Counted from the stretch's first letter, positions 49,564 to 63,760 are shown. The stretch: 64,000 nucleotides of DNA from Camelus ferus (GCF_009834535.1 NC_045707.1:40362001-40426000); one strand, 5' to 3'. Notes: generated from the letters alone by a model not told the origin. A program made the numbers and translations.

Positions 49564-49785
49564 AGGGGTCAGCACACTTTCTCTATAAAAAACCAGACAG
49601 TAAATATTTCAGACTTTAAGGGCATGTAGCTTCTGCCACAAGAACTCAACTTTACCATTATAAAGTAATAAAAGTACAAATACTTCTTCTGTGAACGTGT
49701 GTGGCTGTATTTCAATAGTGCATTATTTACAAAACAGGCAGCAGGCTGGGTTTGACTGGTGGGGAGCAGTTTGCCAATCCTTGCT
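49564..49785 (+). mobile_element. MER58A hAT MITE
   Basis: AGGGGTCAGCACACTTTCTCTATAAA..CCAGACAGTAAATATTT..TTATTTACAAAACAGGCAGCAGGCTGG..CAGTTTGCCAATCCTTG. Confidence 0.8.
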
Positions 49786-50159
49786 CTTAGCCATTTCTTA
49801 CTTCCTGTTAGTTTTCAATACTAACCTGGCTTTGCCATATCCTTTCTGAGTTCTGTCTTCAGGGTTGGTTACTTTAACCACTCAAGTGTCTGTTTTCTGT
49901 GTGGTCCTGGCTGTCTCGCCACTATAATATCATCACTTTTGATGTCTATGTATGGGGCTTACCTAGTTGAGAGCAGGGACAATCTCTCCCTTGTCTTTAT
50001 GACTCTAAGATCTAATAGAGTGTTTCTTACTGAGTAGGTACTCAATGAACATTGTCAGAAAAAGGTGGAGAAGGGGAATCTGGAATTCACTGTAACCCTC
50101 TTGTTTGATAGTGTGGAAACATTCTTGCTCTGATTTATAAAACTAAGTTAGTGACAAAA

Positions 50160-51150
50160 TGGAGAGACAATAAAAAGAGAGTTGTAGTACAGAGAAATAA
50201 GGGTTGGAATTAACATGGGAGCTCTCTGGAAACTTGTAATTGGCAGGTGGAGGTCAAAGAGAAACTCAGGCTTAAACAAAGATCCAAAGAATGAACAGAA
50301 ATTTGCAGGCAAAAGAGAAAAGAAGAAGGGAGAAAGCTCCAGAAAGAAGGGAAGATATACATAAAGGCTTAGAGGTGAGAGAGAGCATGGTTGATCTGCA
50401 ATAGTTCAGTGGGGCTGGAGCGTGGGGTGGGAGGTGGGATGGAGACGGAAGCAGAGGGTAGTAGATAAAATAATAGACTCAGGTGAGGCAAAGGGTAGGG
50501 AGCAACCTGAAGTCTAGGCTTAGGAGCAAACTCATGTATGTAACAGAGATTTCCCAAACTGGGCAAGCAAAGCTCTGGATGAAGTAAAGGGGATGAGTGT
50601 ATCCAAGCAGGGAAAGATACTAGAATCTTGGGCACATTGTGATTAGCCTGAGGCAGGGGAAGGGGATGAAGCCTTGGTGGAAGGGGCCAGAGAAAGAACA
50701 GCCACTCGGTCAGTTGAGAACATCTGCTCACAACTGTAATGGGAACAAAGGGAGGAGGAACACACACACACCCAGGAGATCGCTTGCCAAACAGTCGTCA
50801 GTGTGGGATTCTCTTGTTCCTGCTCATAGTCTCCTGATCAAACACACAGCAGCAACACGATGTGCTCTCTAGGGCAGAGAAAGGTTTCAGCAGTTGAGGA
50901 GGGTGTAAGGGAGGGAGGGTGAATGGGAACATCTGCTCTGTGAAGACACTTGAAAAGTAATCTTTTAATAGCTTGGGGAAAACATCTGGGCCGCACACCC
51001 CGAGACCACCAGTGGCGTGGTAAGTGGAGAAAGATTGGAGGAATTGATGAGGAGGGAGGCAGGGTGGATGGAGAATGAGCTGTAAGCTAGAGAGGAAGGA
51101 CATGGGCTTGGTGAGAGTGGTGTGGCCCCTCTGGAGAGGTCAGTCACCTG
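50160..51150 (-). mobile_element. Decayed L2 region
   Basis: Antisense L2-like purine-rich tracts (AAGGCTTAGAGGTGAGAGAGAGCATGG). Confidence 0.45.
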
Positions 51151-52217
51151 TAGACTCTCTCACGCAAGGACCAAAGGCAGATGGAATTTTCACCCACTGA
51201 GCTAACAGAAAAGGCTCACTGGGTCCATGCCACTTGGAAAACTGTGCCCAAACCTTCAGTCTTCAGAGTGCTAAACACATCAAGTGGTGAACAGCTACCA
51301 TGAGATAGAAAAAATAAAGCTTTTAAAGGCCTAACTCACTTTTAAGAAGGTGTGTATGGACAGGGAAGAAAGGAGCCAGAATAATTTTTGAGATGAACAG
51401 ACAGGGCTCCTTAAATGTGACATGTTTCTCATGCATTAGCCCCTACCTTCAGTTAACTCTAATTGGGAAATACAACTTGAATTACTTAAGATGGGTTAGA
51501 ACATCCTAAGTTTTCTTCGATTCATCTATCAACAAGTATATTATTGAGTTTCTGTCTTTTCTTAGGACTGTGCGAGACTCTGAAGCCAATTAGGAAAAAT
51601 AACTTTTAGTAATTAGGAATTGTACAGGGTTTCTCAACTTTCAAAATTGGGAGTTGAGGAAAATGACACACAGGAAGTAAAATTACTTTCAAGGATCATG
51701 TGACTGGTAAAGCAGTAGATCCTGGACAGGATTAGGTTTTCTGACCTTAATTCTGGCATAGGTTTCTCCTACTATCTGCAAGTAGAGTGGTCATATGAAA
51801 CCTTTCATGAGCCAAAATGGTGTAAAGGGAGGAAGCAATTACCTTAGGATGCATCATGCCAACAGATGTACAAAACAAATCAAGATAAAGCACAGATGCT
51901 CACAGACCCAGTTCAAAGCTATGGGTGCTTAATGCTGAGATGCTGAGTGTGGTTCTTGGGAAGAAGCTTGGTGGTGACACACTCATTGCTCAGGGTGTGG
52001 GCTGCCTCTATAAAGGCTCAATGCAAAACAAACACTGAGCGCTATTTTTGCTTTTCACCTTATTTTTTTTCCATAAAAGTGATAATCCTCTTTAGATTTC
52101 TGTCCATTAGTGAAAACAGGTACTAATATAGATCTTCCATAAAAGTGCAGTGGCATGAAATGAATTTCTGAAAAGCAGAGGACAGAAGCCCAAGTTCTCT
52201 TCCCCACATGGAAGAGC

Positions 52218-52244
52218 AAAAAAAAAAAAAAAAAAAAAAAAAAA
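52218..52244. repeat. Poly(A)27 tract
   Basis: Direct count. Confidence 0.95.
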
Positions 52245-54775
52245 TCCTTTCTAGTTGGCAAGGTAAGATGGCCAAAAAGGGAACAGTTAGAGAGACCATG
52301 CAAAGCTAAGTCCGGAATAACGTGTTTGCTTTGTTGATCATGTAACACTGGGAAAGAGAGAGGCTAGTGGGAGAAGAGGTAAAACAGGTTCTTCTTGGGG
52401 AAAGAAACCTGGATAAAGAGGTCAGGGCTGGCCTTTCCCTACAACTGAATAAGCTCTAGTTCAGACACATCTTTGTGCTCCAATGTGTCATTTCTGTAAC
52501 TTCAACATAGAACAACAGGGCACCTCTACACACCTGGGGCCCATTGCAGTTACAGAAAGGAAAGGCTACAAAAGAAAACACTGGGGCTGGTGAAAGGCAT
52601 AGACACAGTTACGTGGTATTGGGTCATCACTGGGTCAAGACACTATGTTAGGTTCTTTACATCTTCATAAAAACCCTCTGAAGTGGGTGTTGTCTCCCTC
52701 ACTTTATAAAAGAGGAAACTGAGGCTAAGAGACATCACACATCTAGTGAGTAGAAAGGGAAAGTTAGACGAGCTCTCTAACCTCCTCATGTCATGGATGC
52801 TCTGGGGCCCATGCCTGGGGTCAGCTCTGCTGGAGTTCATTGCATATGGCTTATTACAGAAATGCAGGCTTGAGTCGCATCACATCATGTTACTCACATG
52901 TTACTCCTATTTCCCTACCCAACATTTTATATTTGACAAATCAGGTTAAAATGAACCAACAAAGGGCAGCAGACGCAAACAAATACCAAAAGTGTATCTG
53001 AACCTTGTGTGTATCTGAAACTGATTAAGCCTTGCTCTGTTCATTGCAGTTGGTGGTACAGATAGTTGGGAATGCAGGGAACTGGAGTCAGAACCATCAC
53101 CTGGGAGGAGTGAGTAGGAGAACAGGCCCACGTGTGGGAGCTGCGAAGGTGTTCAGTTCCACGTGCAGAGCAGTACCTTAAGGAACGGCAGCACACAACA
53201 GGTGGTAGATCAGCAAAGCAATGGGCATCAGAGAGGTCCAAGGCAAAGCACAGCATGTCCTGACCCATGGCAGGAACATATTGGAAGGGAATATTGGGAA
53301 TAGACAAGCATGCATACTTGGACTTGTTTAACTAAAGGATGGGACTTTTGCCTAGGCACGCACTGCTTCAAAGGAGACACATTTGGAACAGGAAAGGAAA
53401 GGAATTAGCAGAATACAAGAGCAGGCTCTGCCAGGAAACCCAGGCAGACGGACAGAGGCCGCTGGCACTTGGAGGGCAGAGGCCCACCCACCAGAGACAA
53501 TGATTCTAGTTCTTGGGAGGTGACTGGCAATAACGCAAGGCCTGCAGCGTGGATGGGTTAACAAGGGAGAGACTCACACACAGGAATAAGATAGGAGTTC
53601 AATTCCCCAGAGGATAGTAGAAGCCTACCTCTTTACTTAAATTCAACTCATTCCTAAAAACCTGTTGGATAACAAATGTCCAGATAGTGGGAGCCTACAG
53701 TCCCTTATTTAAAAAAAAATAATAAATTTATGTCCCTCTTTAAACCCAAAACAATATTCCAAAACATCACTAAGTAGCCAGATTGAGATCTGTTAAGGAT
53801 TTCTGCACAAATAAATCAACAGTACTTCAGTAATTTTTGTAATTGCCTCATGCATAGAAAAAAATGTATGCATAGTAGATGGGGACAAAATTATGACAAA
53901 CATTTTTTATGCAGTTGCCTCTCTCAATATACTTGATACTTCCCAGTCTTTCTTCCAATGAATGGGCTTTCCAAAGCATCTTAGGCCCACCAACTTTCTT
54001 TATACACTTTCCCATTTTCTTAGAAGACATCATCACTTAATACGGTGAATATGACAGTGAGAATGCACAATATGTTGAAATAATGAGATGCAATTACATT
54101 AGAACAGCTGAGATGCAGCTGCAACACATCTGCACATGTTCTCTAACCTACAATCACATGTGACTTAAGCAATGTCACTGGCATATATATGCTGATGCTT
54201 TTTGGGGGGGAAGGGGGTAAATATTTGAGCAGTGGGAGTTTAGACAGTGAGGGGTTCCTGTACAAAGGAGAAGCAGGTCTTGGAGATAACAACAGTAACA
54301 GATAAAACTGTGAGTTACAATGTTTAAGTCCTTTTTATGTGCCAGGCATGTGAAAAACAGTTAATCTTGCTATCAGGCTTTAGGTGGAGTCTAATGAGTT
54401 CATAAAGTACAGGGTTGCTCTGCTTCAAGGTTAGGAAGAGGCTGTGCAGTCAACTGGAACTCCTGTGTTCCAGCTCCAGGAATCAGGAGCTCCAGGAATC
54501 AATTGCCAAATATCCAAACTTGAGTGGGGTGAGTAATCACAGGCTTTTATCATGAAGTAGACACTTTATTGTCTCCATTTTACAGGTGAGGAAACAGAGG
54601 TGAGATGGCTAATGAATGGCAGAACCTGATGTGAAACAAGATCTGTATGGCCCAAAGACTGTGCACTGAATGCCAGACTTCCCCCTTGAGAACCACACAC
54701 ATAACTCAGTTAATAAGCATTAGATGCCCAGATCAGTGTTACTTAAACTTAAGTGATATAAAGCATCTTTGAAAG

Positions 54776-54990
54776 CAGGGATGGGCTAATTTTTCTGTAA
54801 AGGGCCAAATAGTAAGGATTTTAGGTTTTGTGGGCTATACATCCTCTGTTGTACCTACTCTATCTTTGTATTTGAAAAGTAACCACAGACAATACATAAA
54901 CACATGGATATGGCTGATCTCAATAAAACTGAATTTTCAAAAACCAGTAGAAAGTTGATTTAGCCTCTGGGCCATAGTTTGCTGACTTCT
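54776..54990 (+). mobile_element. MER58A hAT MITE
   Basis: TTTTCTGTAAAGGGCCAAATAGTAAGGATTTTAGG..CAATAAAACT..GGGCCATAGTTTGCTGACTTCT. Confidence 0.85.
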
Positions 54991-55559
54991 CTAAGGGAAA
55001 AATTTCTAATACTCGTGGCCTCAGAATCTAGGGCCTTGAGTTTCAAAAATTCTGACTTGAGACAATTATCTTATGAACTTATTTTTGATTTATCAATGAC
55101 AAGATGACATTTTTCCTTACTTCTGGTAAAATAGTTTTGTTCAAGATTATCCTTAAAACAAAGAAAACAAAAATTCTCTTGTACCCCAAGGATTCCCAGC
55201 ACCCCTCTGACTAGAGTTGGAGAAGCACTGTCCTGAGTGATTTCCCTCCTCCCACCTTCCTTCTGGGACAATGGGAGAGAGGAGGGTGTGGAGACACAGA
55301 CAAAAGCCTGGCTTTTGTCACTATTGGGAGGCACAAGGCTTGAGATCTGTACCACAGAGAACAGTCCACCAAGGGGAGAATCAGAGAATTCTCCATTTAT
55401 TGTTCATAGTTTTCTTCCCTGTACCACTCCCTGCCCTCATCAGAGTGGAGGAGTTCTGATGACTGTCAGGTATCAGATGCTAAGGACAGAGCTTTTAAAA
55501 GGAACAGGAACTTGCTCTCCTGGCAGGGAAAAGGAGATAAAAATCTTACAGAAGCAGAA

Positions 55560-56370
55560 CCCCAGCCTCACTCTTTACAGTTGCTCCCTAACACCCCTTG
55601 CTGTCCCTCCTGCTGTTCTTACTAAGCCATACACTTCCTACTCATGTGAGGGCAATACTGATAATCCTGTACCACCCCTTTTACAAATACCTTTCAGGTT
55701 GTGGATATCACCCTGTCGGGTTCCAGGCCTCTGACACCTCCTCTCCCTATGTGTCTTTCCATTCTTCCACCTTCATATCTAACTCTGCCCTAGCTTAGAA
55801 AAGTAAGTGCTCAATAAATGGTAACTCTTATTACAGGAGTGCCTCAAAAGCTTTTAAGACTCCAAATTCCTTGGGTGGTAAAACAAGACTTCCTCAATCA
55901 TACTTTCCATTTCCTTGGACTTTAAATTCCATTGCTCTTTTCCCATCCTTCTTTCTCTTCCCCACTCATTTGTCTTAAGACATTATTAATAACCTATCAC
56001 TCTTTATCGGGTGATATTTTGATAGGGTAGGACTTTTTACCACTCTGTTTCCTTCCTTTTACCACTTCTGCTTCAGTCTAGAATGCCATTTGCAACCCTC
56101 CGCCATTTTTCATTTTGCCAATCCCACTCATTCTTCAAGACGCAGCCCATGTATTGCCTCATCTCTGGAGTCTTCTCTGGCTCCCTAAGTCAAAAGTGGT
56201 TACCACGTTTAATGTTCCCAAAGCACTCTCTTCATATTTTTATCCTATAGCATTTTCTACATTATATTGTAAAGCATCAGTTTACTGTGAATCCAAGAGT
56301 ACAGGAATATATCTTACTCATTTCTGTGTTTCCCAGTTCCTAGTGCCTGGTAATACAGAGCAGTCAGTAA
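55560..56370 (+). mobile_element. L2 fragments
   Basis: Sense L2 motifs (CATTCTTCAAGACGCAGCCC; CCCAGTTCCTAGTGCCTGG..TTGACTGAATGAATGG). Confidence 0.6.
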
Positions 56371-57639
56371 AGATTACTTGACTGAATGAATGGATACCTT
56401 GATCGCTGTGATGATGCTGATGTGGAAACTACATTACAGTCCCAAGAACAAATACTCCAATATTCACCTTGGAACTGATTCTTTAGTCTGTTACTCAAAA
56501 GAATCATTTTCTGTGGAACTCCAAGATCTTCCTACATCCATCCAAACTTCTTTCATCCCTTTGGAAGTTTGACAAAGCTAGGGGTGCTCACAGCATACAA
56601 TCTCCTCTTCCAAGAGAAATGTTTTCTTGACCTCTCATGGACTCCTCAGAGATGTCTTCTCAAGAATTATAAAATGCTCTGATAACAGATATCAGATTCA
56701 CAATCAGCCAGTTACTCTGCCCAGTGTATTTGTGGCAGCCATCATTCAAGCTGTCCTGTTTTCACATTTTCTTTCCCAGTCCTCAATAGTACTTGTATGT
56801 ATGTGTGCATGTGTGTATGTGTGTGTGTTTTAACTCATTTGATAGCACTGTTAGATTTCCACATTTGAAGGTCAAAACACAATGATGAACTCTATGTACC
56901 CTAAGTAGTTCAATCATTGCTGAAGAGTTTACCTCCCCATCCCTCCAAAAAACACACAAAATACATAAACAAAAACGTCACTGCTTGCTTTAGTTTTAAA
57001 ATGTTTCTCACTTTTAGCTGGTCTAGACTACCTCTTATCTAACTAAGTATTTATGAGGAGCCTAGCCCTTTGGTACCCCAGGCAGTCAGAACTATTTATT
57101 CCTTCTCTTTCTTGCCAAAGAAACTGTATATCTACTACTAGTTTGGTAACACACATCCACAACAACAGGCTTTCTACATACAGGCATAGAGTCGAATACT
57201 ATTTCTGATCTGCACTTTCAAAGCTACTCCCAGAGGAGTGGCCAAAACACATGAAGAAGACAGAGAGATAATGAACTCAGACAATTTTGAACTTCTCACC
57301 TTCTATCAAATCCCATGACTAAAGGTGATTTCGAATTTTGATTTTGTCTATCAATGAGAAACTCATCAGAATATTAGATTCATCAGTTTTTTAAAGGCAT
57401 ATTTTTGGGGCACCTCTTTTGTGCCAGGCATGCTAGAGGCACTGAAACATAAAATTAAATAGGACCATCAAAATCTTTGAGGCATTCTCAGTCCAGTGGG
57501 AAAAACAGCCAAGGAAAGAGGCAGTTATAGCCTCCTGGGGCAAGTGCAATAGTCAAGTGACGCTCAGAATACCACAGAAACATGGAAATGCTAGTTTCTT
57601 AAAGGGTAAGCTTAGAGTGTTGATTGAAAAGTAGTATTT

Positions 57640-59250
57640 TCTAATATAAGCACTTGATACTATAAATTCTCCTAAAATCTCTAGCTTCAACAGCATTCCA
57701 TAATTTTGTTGTATTTTCATTTTCACTCAGTTTAAAAATATTTTCTAATTTTCTCTGAGGCTTCTTCTTCAACTCGTTAGTTACTTAGAGATGTGTTTTT
57801 AAATTTCCAAATATTTATGAATTTTCCAGGTATCTTTATGTTGTTGATTTCTAGTTTAATTATTTATGGTCACAGTATACATTGTATATGATCACATTTT
57901 TTTTTAAATTCGTAAATTTGTTGTTTCTCTTCTTCCTCTGGCCCAGAATATGTTCTTTTGTTGAGTGTTCCATGTGCTCTTGAAAACAGTATGTTTTCCA
58001 CTCTTGCTGGATGGATTGCTCTATTAATGCAAATCAGGTCAAGTTGTCTGATAGTGTTGTTCAAGTCTGTCAAATTCTTGTTGATTTTCTTTCCAATTGT
58101 TTTATCTATTATTGATAAAAGAATGTGATCCTTTGTATTTCTCCTTTTAGCTCTATCAGATTTTGCTTCCTGTATTTTAAAGCTCTGTTATTTGATGTAT
58201 GCACATTAAATACTGTTATGTCTTTTTGGTGAATTGACTCTTTTTTCAAATTTTGTAAGATTCCTCTTTACTCCTAGTAATTTTCTTCATTCTCCAGTCT
58301 ACTTTGTCTGCTTAACATAGTCACTTCAGCTCTCTCTTTTTTAATTAGTGTTTTCATAGTATAGATTTTCCATCTCTTTACTTTTAACCTATCTATATCA
58401 TTATATTTAAAGTGAATTTTGTGTAGATAGCATATAGTTGTGTTTTTATTTTAAAATCCATCTTTATCCTTTAATTGATTTAGATTTAATGCAATTATTG
58501 ATATGGTTAGATTTATGTCTACCATTTTATTATTTGTTTTCAGTTAGTCACCTCTAGTTTTGTTGGTGGTGGTATTGTTCTGCTTCCCTTTCCTGCCTTT
58601 TTTATTTGAATATTTTTTATTATTTTATTTTAATTTCTCTATTGGCTTTCGGGATATAATCCCTTAGCATTATTATTTTTTTAGTGGTTGCTCTAAAGAT
58701 CACAATATTCATGCATAAGCTTTTACAGTATGCTTAGAGTTAATATTTCACCACTTCAAGTAAAATATATACTGCTTACAACCAAATAGATTCCATTAGT
58801 TTCCCCTCTCAGGTATAGTTGTCATATGTATTTCATCTACATATATTGAAAATCCCATCAGACAATGTTATAAATTTTCCTTGCAATATTCATACATATT
58901 TTTTTAAATTTTAAGATAAGAGAAAAATCTATTATATTTACTCAGCTATTTGCTATTTCTGTTGATTTTTCTTCATTCTTGAAGTTTCAAGTTTCTGGTA
59001 TAAGTTTTCTTCAGCCTGAAAAACTTACTTTANNNNNNNNNNNNNNNNNNNNNNNNNNNNNNNNNNNNNNNNNNNNNNNNNNNNNNNNNNNNNNNNNNNN
59101 NNNNNNNNNNNNNNNNNNNNNNNNNNNNNNNNNNNNNNNNNNNNNNNNNNNNNNNNNNNNNNNNNNNNNNNNNNNNNNNNNNNNNNNNNNNNNNNNNNNN
59201 NAGTCTCTATGGTTTCTAATGAAAATTCCACAGTTATTTGACCTATTTTT
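57640..59250 (-). mobile_element. Old L1M ORF1-ORF2 (endonuclease) fragment containing a 169-nt N-run (59033-59201)
   Basis: The minus frame TDLNNTIRQLDLICINRAIHP..FSRAHGT resembles the L1 ORF2 endonuclease domain; the plus strand is T-rich. Confidence 0.8.
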
Positions 59251-60344
59251 CTCCTAACCTTTGTATCTTAAAGCCATTGAATTTTGAGGTGGTTTGTTAT
59301 ACTCAAACCCTATAATCCAATCACACTTAACTTCATTTAGGTCTTTGAGAGCCCTTCACTTTCTTTCTTCTGGAACTTGGCATACTTGGTTCCCTCTTCA
59401 TGAGAACTACACCCTCAAACATGTACACATGTTTGCATACTCCCAAATGAGCCACATTACCTCCTCATTTCAGGTTTCAGGTTGTTTTCCTCCTTCCTTG
59501 ACTCTTCCCTGCTCTGTAAGTCTAGATTAAGAGCCTCTCTTACACATTTCAAAGCACTAACTGTGCTTTCCACATCATAGCTCTTAAAATAAAATAAAAT
59601 ATGTATTGAGCACTCACTACATACTAGGCCTTGTGCTTAATGTTTTGCAAGAATCTGTGAAACAATCCTGTTATTGCTTCTATTTTCCCAATGAGGAAAC
59701 TGAAGAATGAAATGGCTAATTTACCTGCCCATAATCACAGAGTACAGTTTTTAGTGGTTGAGCCAGGATTTGACCCAGACAGTTTGGCTTCAGAGCTATG
59801 TCTTTAGCCACTATTTTAAGCAGCTTCCAACTTACCCCACTGTATTATAATAACCCTTATATTGCTGTGTATAGCCAACAAGAGACTAAGCTTTGAAAAG
59901 AAAAGAACTGTATCTATCTTGCTCATTTTTGGTATTTTTAATGCTTAGCCTAATCCATGATTCACAGATGGCAATCAGTAAATTTTTATCAACTGCATAG
60001 CATCAAAACATTGTATTTTATTTCTCAGGTTATGCATGTTACCTCCATATTTTGAGGTTGTAGAGGGATCTTCAATTTTCATTTGTTTATCTCTAGATTC
60101 AGAAATCTGAAATATGGTGGGTTCTCAATAAATGTTTTCTGAGTGCATGATTGTTGAGTGAAGAGAAAATACACAGTGCAGAAGGTTACTATGCCTTATG
60201 GATCAAAAAAGGTGCAGAGGCTCTACTTAGAGAAGCCAGGAACTCAACATCAGTAGAACATAAATAATGGTAAGTGCAGAAAAGTAAGGACCAAGACTTC
60301 TGGAATCACTTTTCTATCAAAGTTTATAAAACTCACTAGTAATC

Positions 60345-60850
60345 TAATAAATGGGATATAAATTAGAATATACCATTTCTGGTGTACTAAATTATCAAAC
60401 TGAAATTAATAACATTCAATGGTAGCATGGGTATAGTAAAATAACACTAGCATTATCATGCTGGTGGAGATTTAAATTAGGATATTTGTTTCAATAATCA
60501 TTAAAAATATGTATACAATGGAGACTCTAACTTCTTTTATGAGAATCTACTCCTAAAGAAATGATGAGAAATACAGACAAAAATGTAGGTGTCTATGTTA
60601 GCTAAACTGGTTTAAAAAAATCAGAATCAACCAAAATTATGTAGCCATTAAATTTTTGTTTAGAAAGACATGGAGACATACTTACCATACATATGCATAC
60701 CAAAATAAAAAGCCTGAGAGAAAATATTCCAAAATGTCAATAGTGATAACTCTGGGTGATGAAATTATAAGTCATTTGAATTTTCATTTTTATACTTCCC
60801 TGTATTTTTCAATTTTTCAACCATTGGCATGTATTTTTCTTTAATCAGAT
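60345..60850 (+). mobile_element. L1ME-type 3' end
   Basis: AAAATGTCAATAGTGATAACTCTGGGTGATGAAATTATAAG..TATACTTCCCTGTATTTTTC..GCATGTATTTTTCTTTAATCAG. Confidence 0.7.
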
Positions 60851-60998
60851 NNNNNNNNNNNNNNNNNNNNNNNNNNNNNNNNNNNNNNNNNNNNNNNNNN
60901 NNNNNNNNNNNNNNNNNNNNNNNNNNNNNNNNNNNNNNNNNNNNNNNNNNNNNNNNNNNNNNNNNNNNNNNNNNNNNNNNNNNNNNNNNNNNNNNNNN
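60851..60998. other. N-run, 148 nt
   Basis: Direct count. Confidence 0.95.
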
Positions 60999-61699
60999 CT
61001 TTCTCCTTCAGCAAAGTAAAGATTATGTTGCTAAAGACACCCTGGGAAAGCAGTGCAAGCATCAAGGAACCCAAGGATCCAAGACTTGTTGGAAGGAGAA
61101 CATATAGGTTTACATCTGCCTATTAAATATGACTTGGAGGAAACTTTAAAGCAAATAAATCCCAGCACTCCAGTGCTCTAAGTGAACTGCCAATCCACAG
61201 CCAAAGCAAATTCAAGCTTTGGACCTTTGATTTGAAGGCTCTTAGTAAGAAGGGAATTGGAGACCTAAAAATTTAATTCATAGTCCACACCTCTTCATGT
61301 GTACTTTAGTTGGCCAGCACTCTACTGAGGGCCTGCTTGGATGATAGTTTCAGGCTGTTGACCTCCTCCCCCTCGCCTTGATTGTGTCTTGTCACCAGAC
61401 GTTTAGGAGATGATTCAAGAGCTCTTTCTAGTTCTCCATCCTTGCCTTTGGAAACTAACACATTTCCATACATCGAAGTCTGGTATATAAGGAAAAGTCA
61501 GGATTTCGTATCTTCTTGAGTCTGTACTGAAAACTGGCTATGACAGGGATATATTTCTTCACAGCTATATTGTAAGAGCAACATCTAATTACGTTAGACA
61601 TTTGGATACTAGAAATATAGATCTCTTTTTCTCATGGTGTTAAGCCTGGTTTTGGGCAATAGTTTATTCAAGTGATAGAAGATGATCCACAAATACTGA

Positions 61700-62310
61700 T
61701 TCATTGATTGACTGACTGATGATTTTCCTTTTTCCACAGATAGGATGACAAATGCATTCATTTCACCAGAGTTGTCATTCCTACTCCAACACCATCAGGG
61801 AACCTCAAAATTCACTCACAGAACTTTTTCTGAAATGCAGAGGAGACCTCATAGAGCTCCCCAAATACTGTTCCAAGTTGACACTATCAATGCATTAGCA
61901 CACAGATCAAAGTCTATTTGCCATCCATTTTACAGGATAAAGTACAAACTCCTTAGTCCAAATACCAAAGTGTATCTCTCATTACAGGACCACATGCCTC
62001 CTAACTACCTGTCCATCCCCAAGCAATCACCACTCTGTCTTGCTTCTCAGTATCTAATTCAAATCACTTCCTCTTTTCTGTACTTAGCAATGTGCTTTTA
62101 GTTCAGTTGTAGCATTTACTTAATTCAACTTTGGAGACTTAGTCTTACTCATGACAGCATTCATCTTTGAGAATCAGAATTCCTTTCATGGGTTCCCTTA
62201 TTATAGCTGGACAGGGACTGCACCCATTTTAACCACATCTGTAACTCCAGTACCCAACACAGTGCCTGTCCACATAGTAGATGCTTGGTAAATATTTATT
62301 AAATGAGCAA
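61700..62310 (+). mobile_element. L2 3' fragment
   Basis: AGGATAAAGTACAAACTCCTTAG..CCCAACACAGTGCCTGTCCACATAGTAGATGCTTGGTAAATATTTATTAAATGA. Confidence 0.7.
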
Positions 62311-63249
62311 ATTATATCCATTAATTGCAAAGTTTATAATAATGAAAAGCTACTATGAATTGATATTTTCTCACAAATTTGCATTTCAGAATTTCATAAA
62401 TATCTACATATCTTTTAAAGAAAAATAAATAGACTTGAAAAAATAAAGTTTAGGGGGATGTTCTGGTTATTAAAATATTTAAGAGAGTTAAATGTATCTA
62501 TGATATTCAGAGACTGCTAATAACCAAAGACTGCAAAGACAATAAAACAGACTTAATACTGAACATAATTTCAACTTTCTTTGATGATTCAGAAGGTACT
62601 TCATGACCAAGCAATACCCTAGGGTCATCATTATGTATCAATTACTCTTACTGGCAATAATGGTTAATAGAAATTTCTGGTAGTTGAATGCCAGATTAAC
62701 AGGCTGTTCCTGCCTTTGGAGCCCATGTGTACACAGACTCTGCCAGCCCCAGACTGAATGAAGTATTTCTTGATTCTACTGCTTTTAGAGTTTTCCCAAT
62801 AGAATTATTCAAAGTCTAACTGCATTTGGGGGAATTTCAATTGGTCTTCAACATGGCCAGTTTCTACACCCACCTCCAAATAATAAGATGTTACTTATTC
62901 AGCATATTACAATTGCCATTGGAGAGAAATCCCAGGCTCTACTTTCTGTGAATATGTGTGCCTTAAGGAAGTCACTTAACTTCTCTCTTGTGTGGTTCTC
63001 TTATGTTTTTAAATTTTAAATTACTTATTATTTCTATTATAGCTATTACCATCATAATTATCTTCTTGTCTCTTAATAGGTATAATCATAGTATCTACCT
63101 CAGATTATTATTGCAGGGGTTACACATATTGAAAACACTTGTCAGATAATAGTTGCTGAGTAGAATATAACTATTATTATTGTGATGTTGTCTATTCTGT
63201 CTATCATTGAATAAAACTCTCAACCAAAAAAATCATCTCCTACCCACTT

Positions 63250-63760
63250 AGAAACCCTTATTTATTCATTCAATTCATTTAGCATTTTCTTGAGTGCCTA
63301 CTATGCTCCAGGCTCTGAGTCAGGCATCATAAAAATAAAGATATAAGAGTCTTGGTATCTCCTCTAAAGGAGTTCATAGTTTAATAGGAGAGACAGACAT
63401 ATACTCAGGACAGTTATAAAACAATGTGGTATGTGCACACCCTCTAATAGGGACTGGATAGATCAGGCTCAAGGAGGACTTTCTTTAGAAATGATACCAG
63501 TGTGGGGTCTTAACAATAAGGCAGGGGGCAAAGGAAGGATGCAGGTGAGATATGATGAGCATTTATTGGGAAGAGGGCATTTCAGATGGAAAGAACACTT
63601 AAAAGCAGACGAGCAAGAAAGAGTATGGTTTTGTTTGGGGAGGATGGAGAGTCCATATGGTTTAGAATTGCTGGAGTTAAAGAACAAGGCAAGGAATGAT
63701 AAGAGATAGGATGGAAGTGGTAGGCAGGGAGTAGACCACAGAGGAACTTTCAGATCATGA
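63250..63760 (-). mobile_element. L2 3' fragment
   Basis: ATTCATTCAATTCATTTAGCATTTTCTTGAGTGCCTACTATGCTCCAGGCTCTG. Confidence 0.75.

Noticed and set aside
52218-52244. Poly(A)27 as the tail of a retrocopy
   Set aside because: No TSD or upstream mRNA/SINE body is visible. The same applies to the A/T tracts near 35475, 39531 and 43440.
55237-55734. 165-aa plus-strand ORF
   Set aside because: It runs into L2-derived sequence and shows no recognisable homology.
60830-60850. Plus-strand splice acceptor TTTTTCTTTAATCAG before the gap
   Set aside because: This is the normal terminal sequence of L1ME 3' ends.
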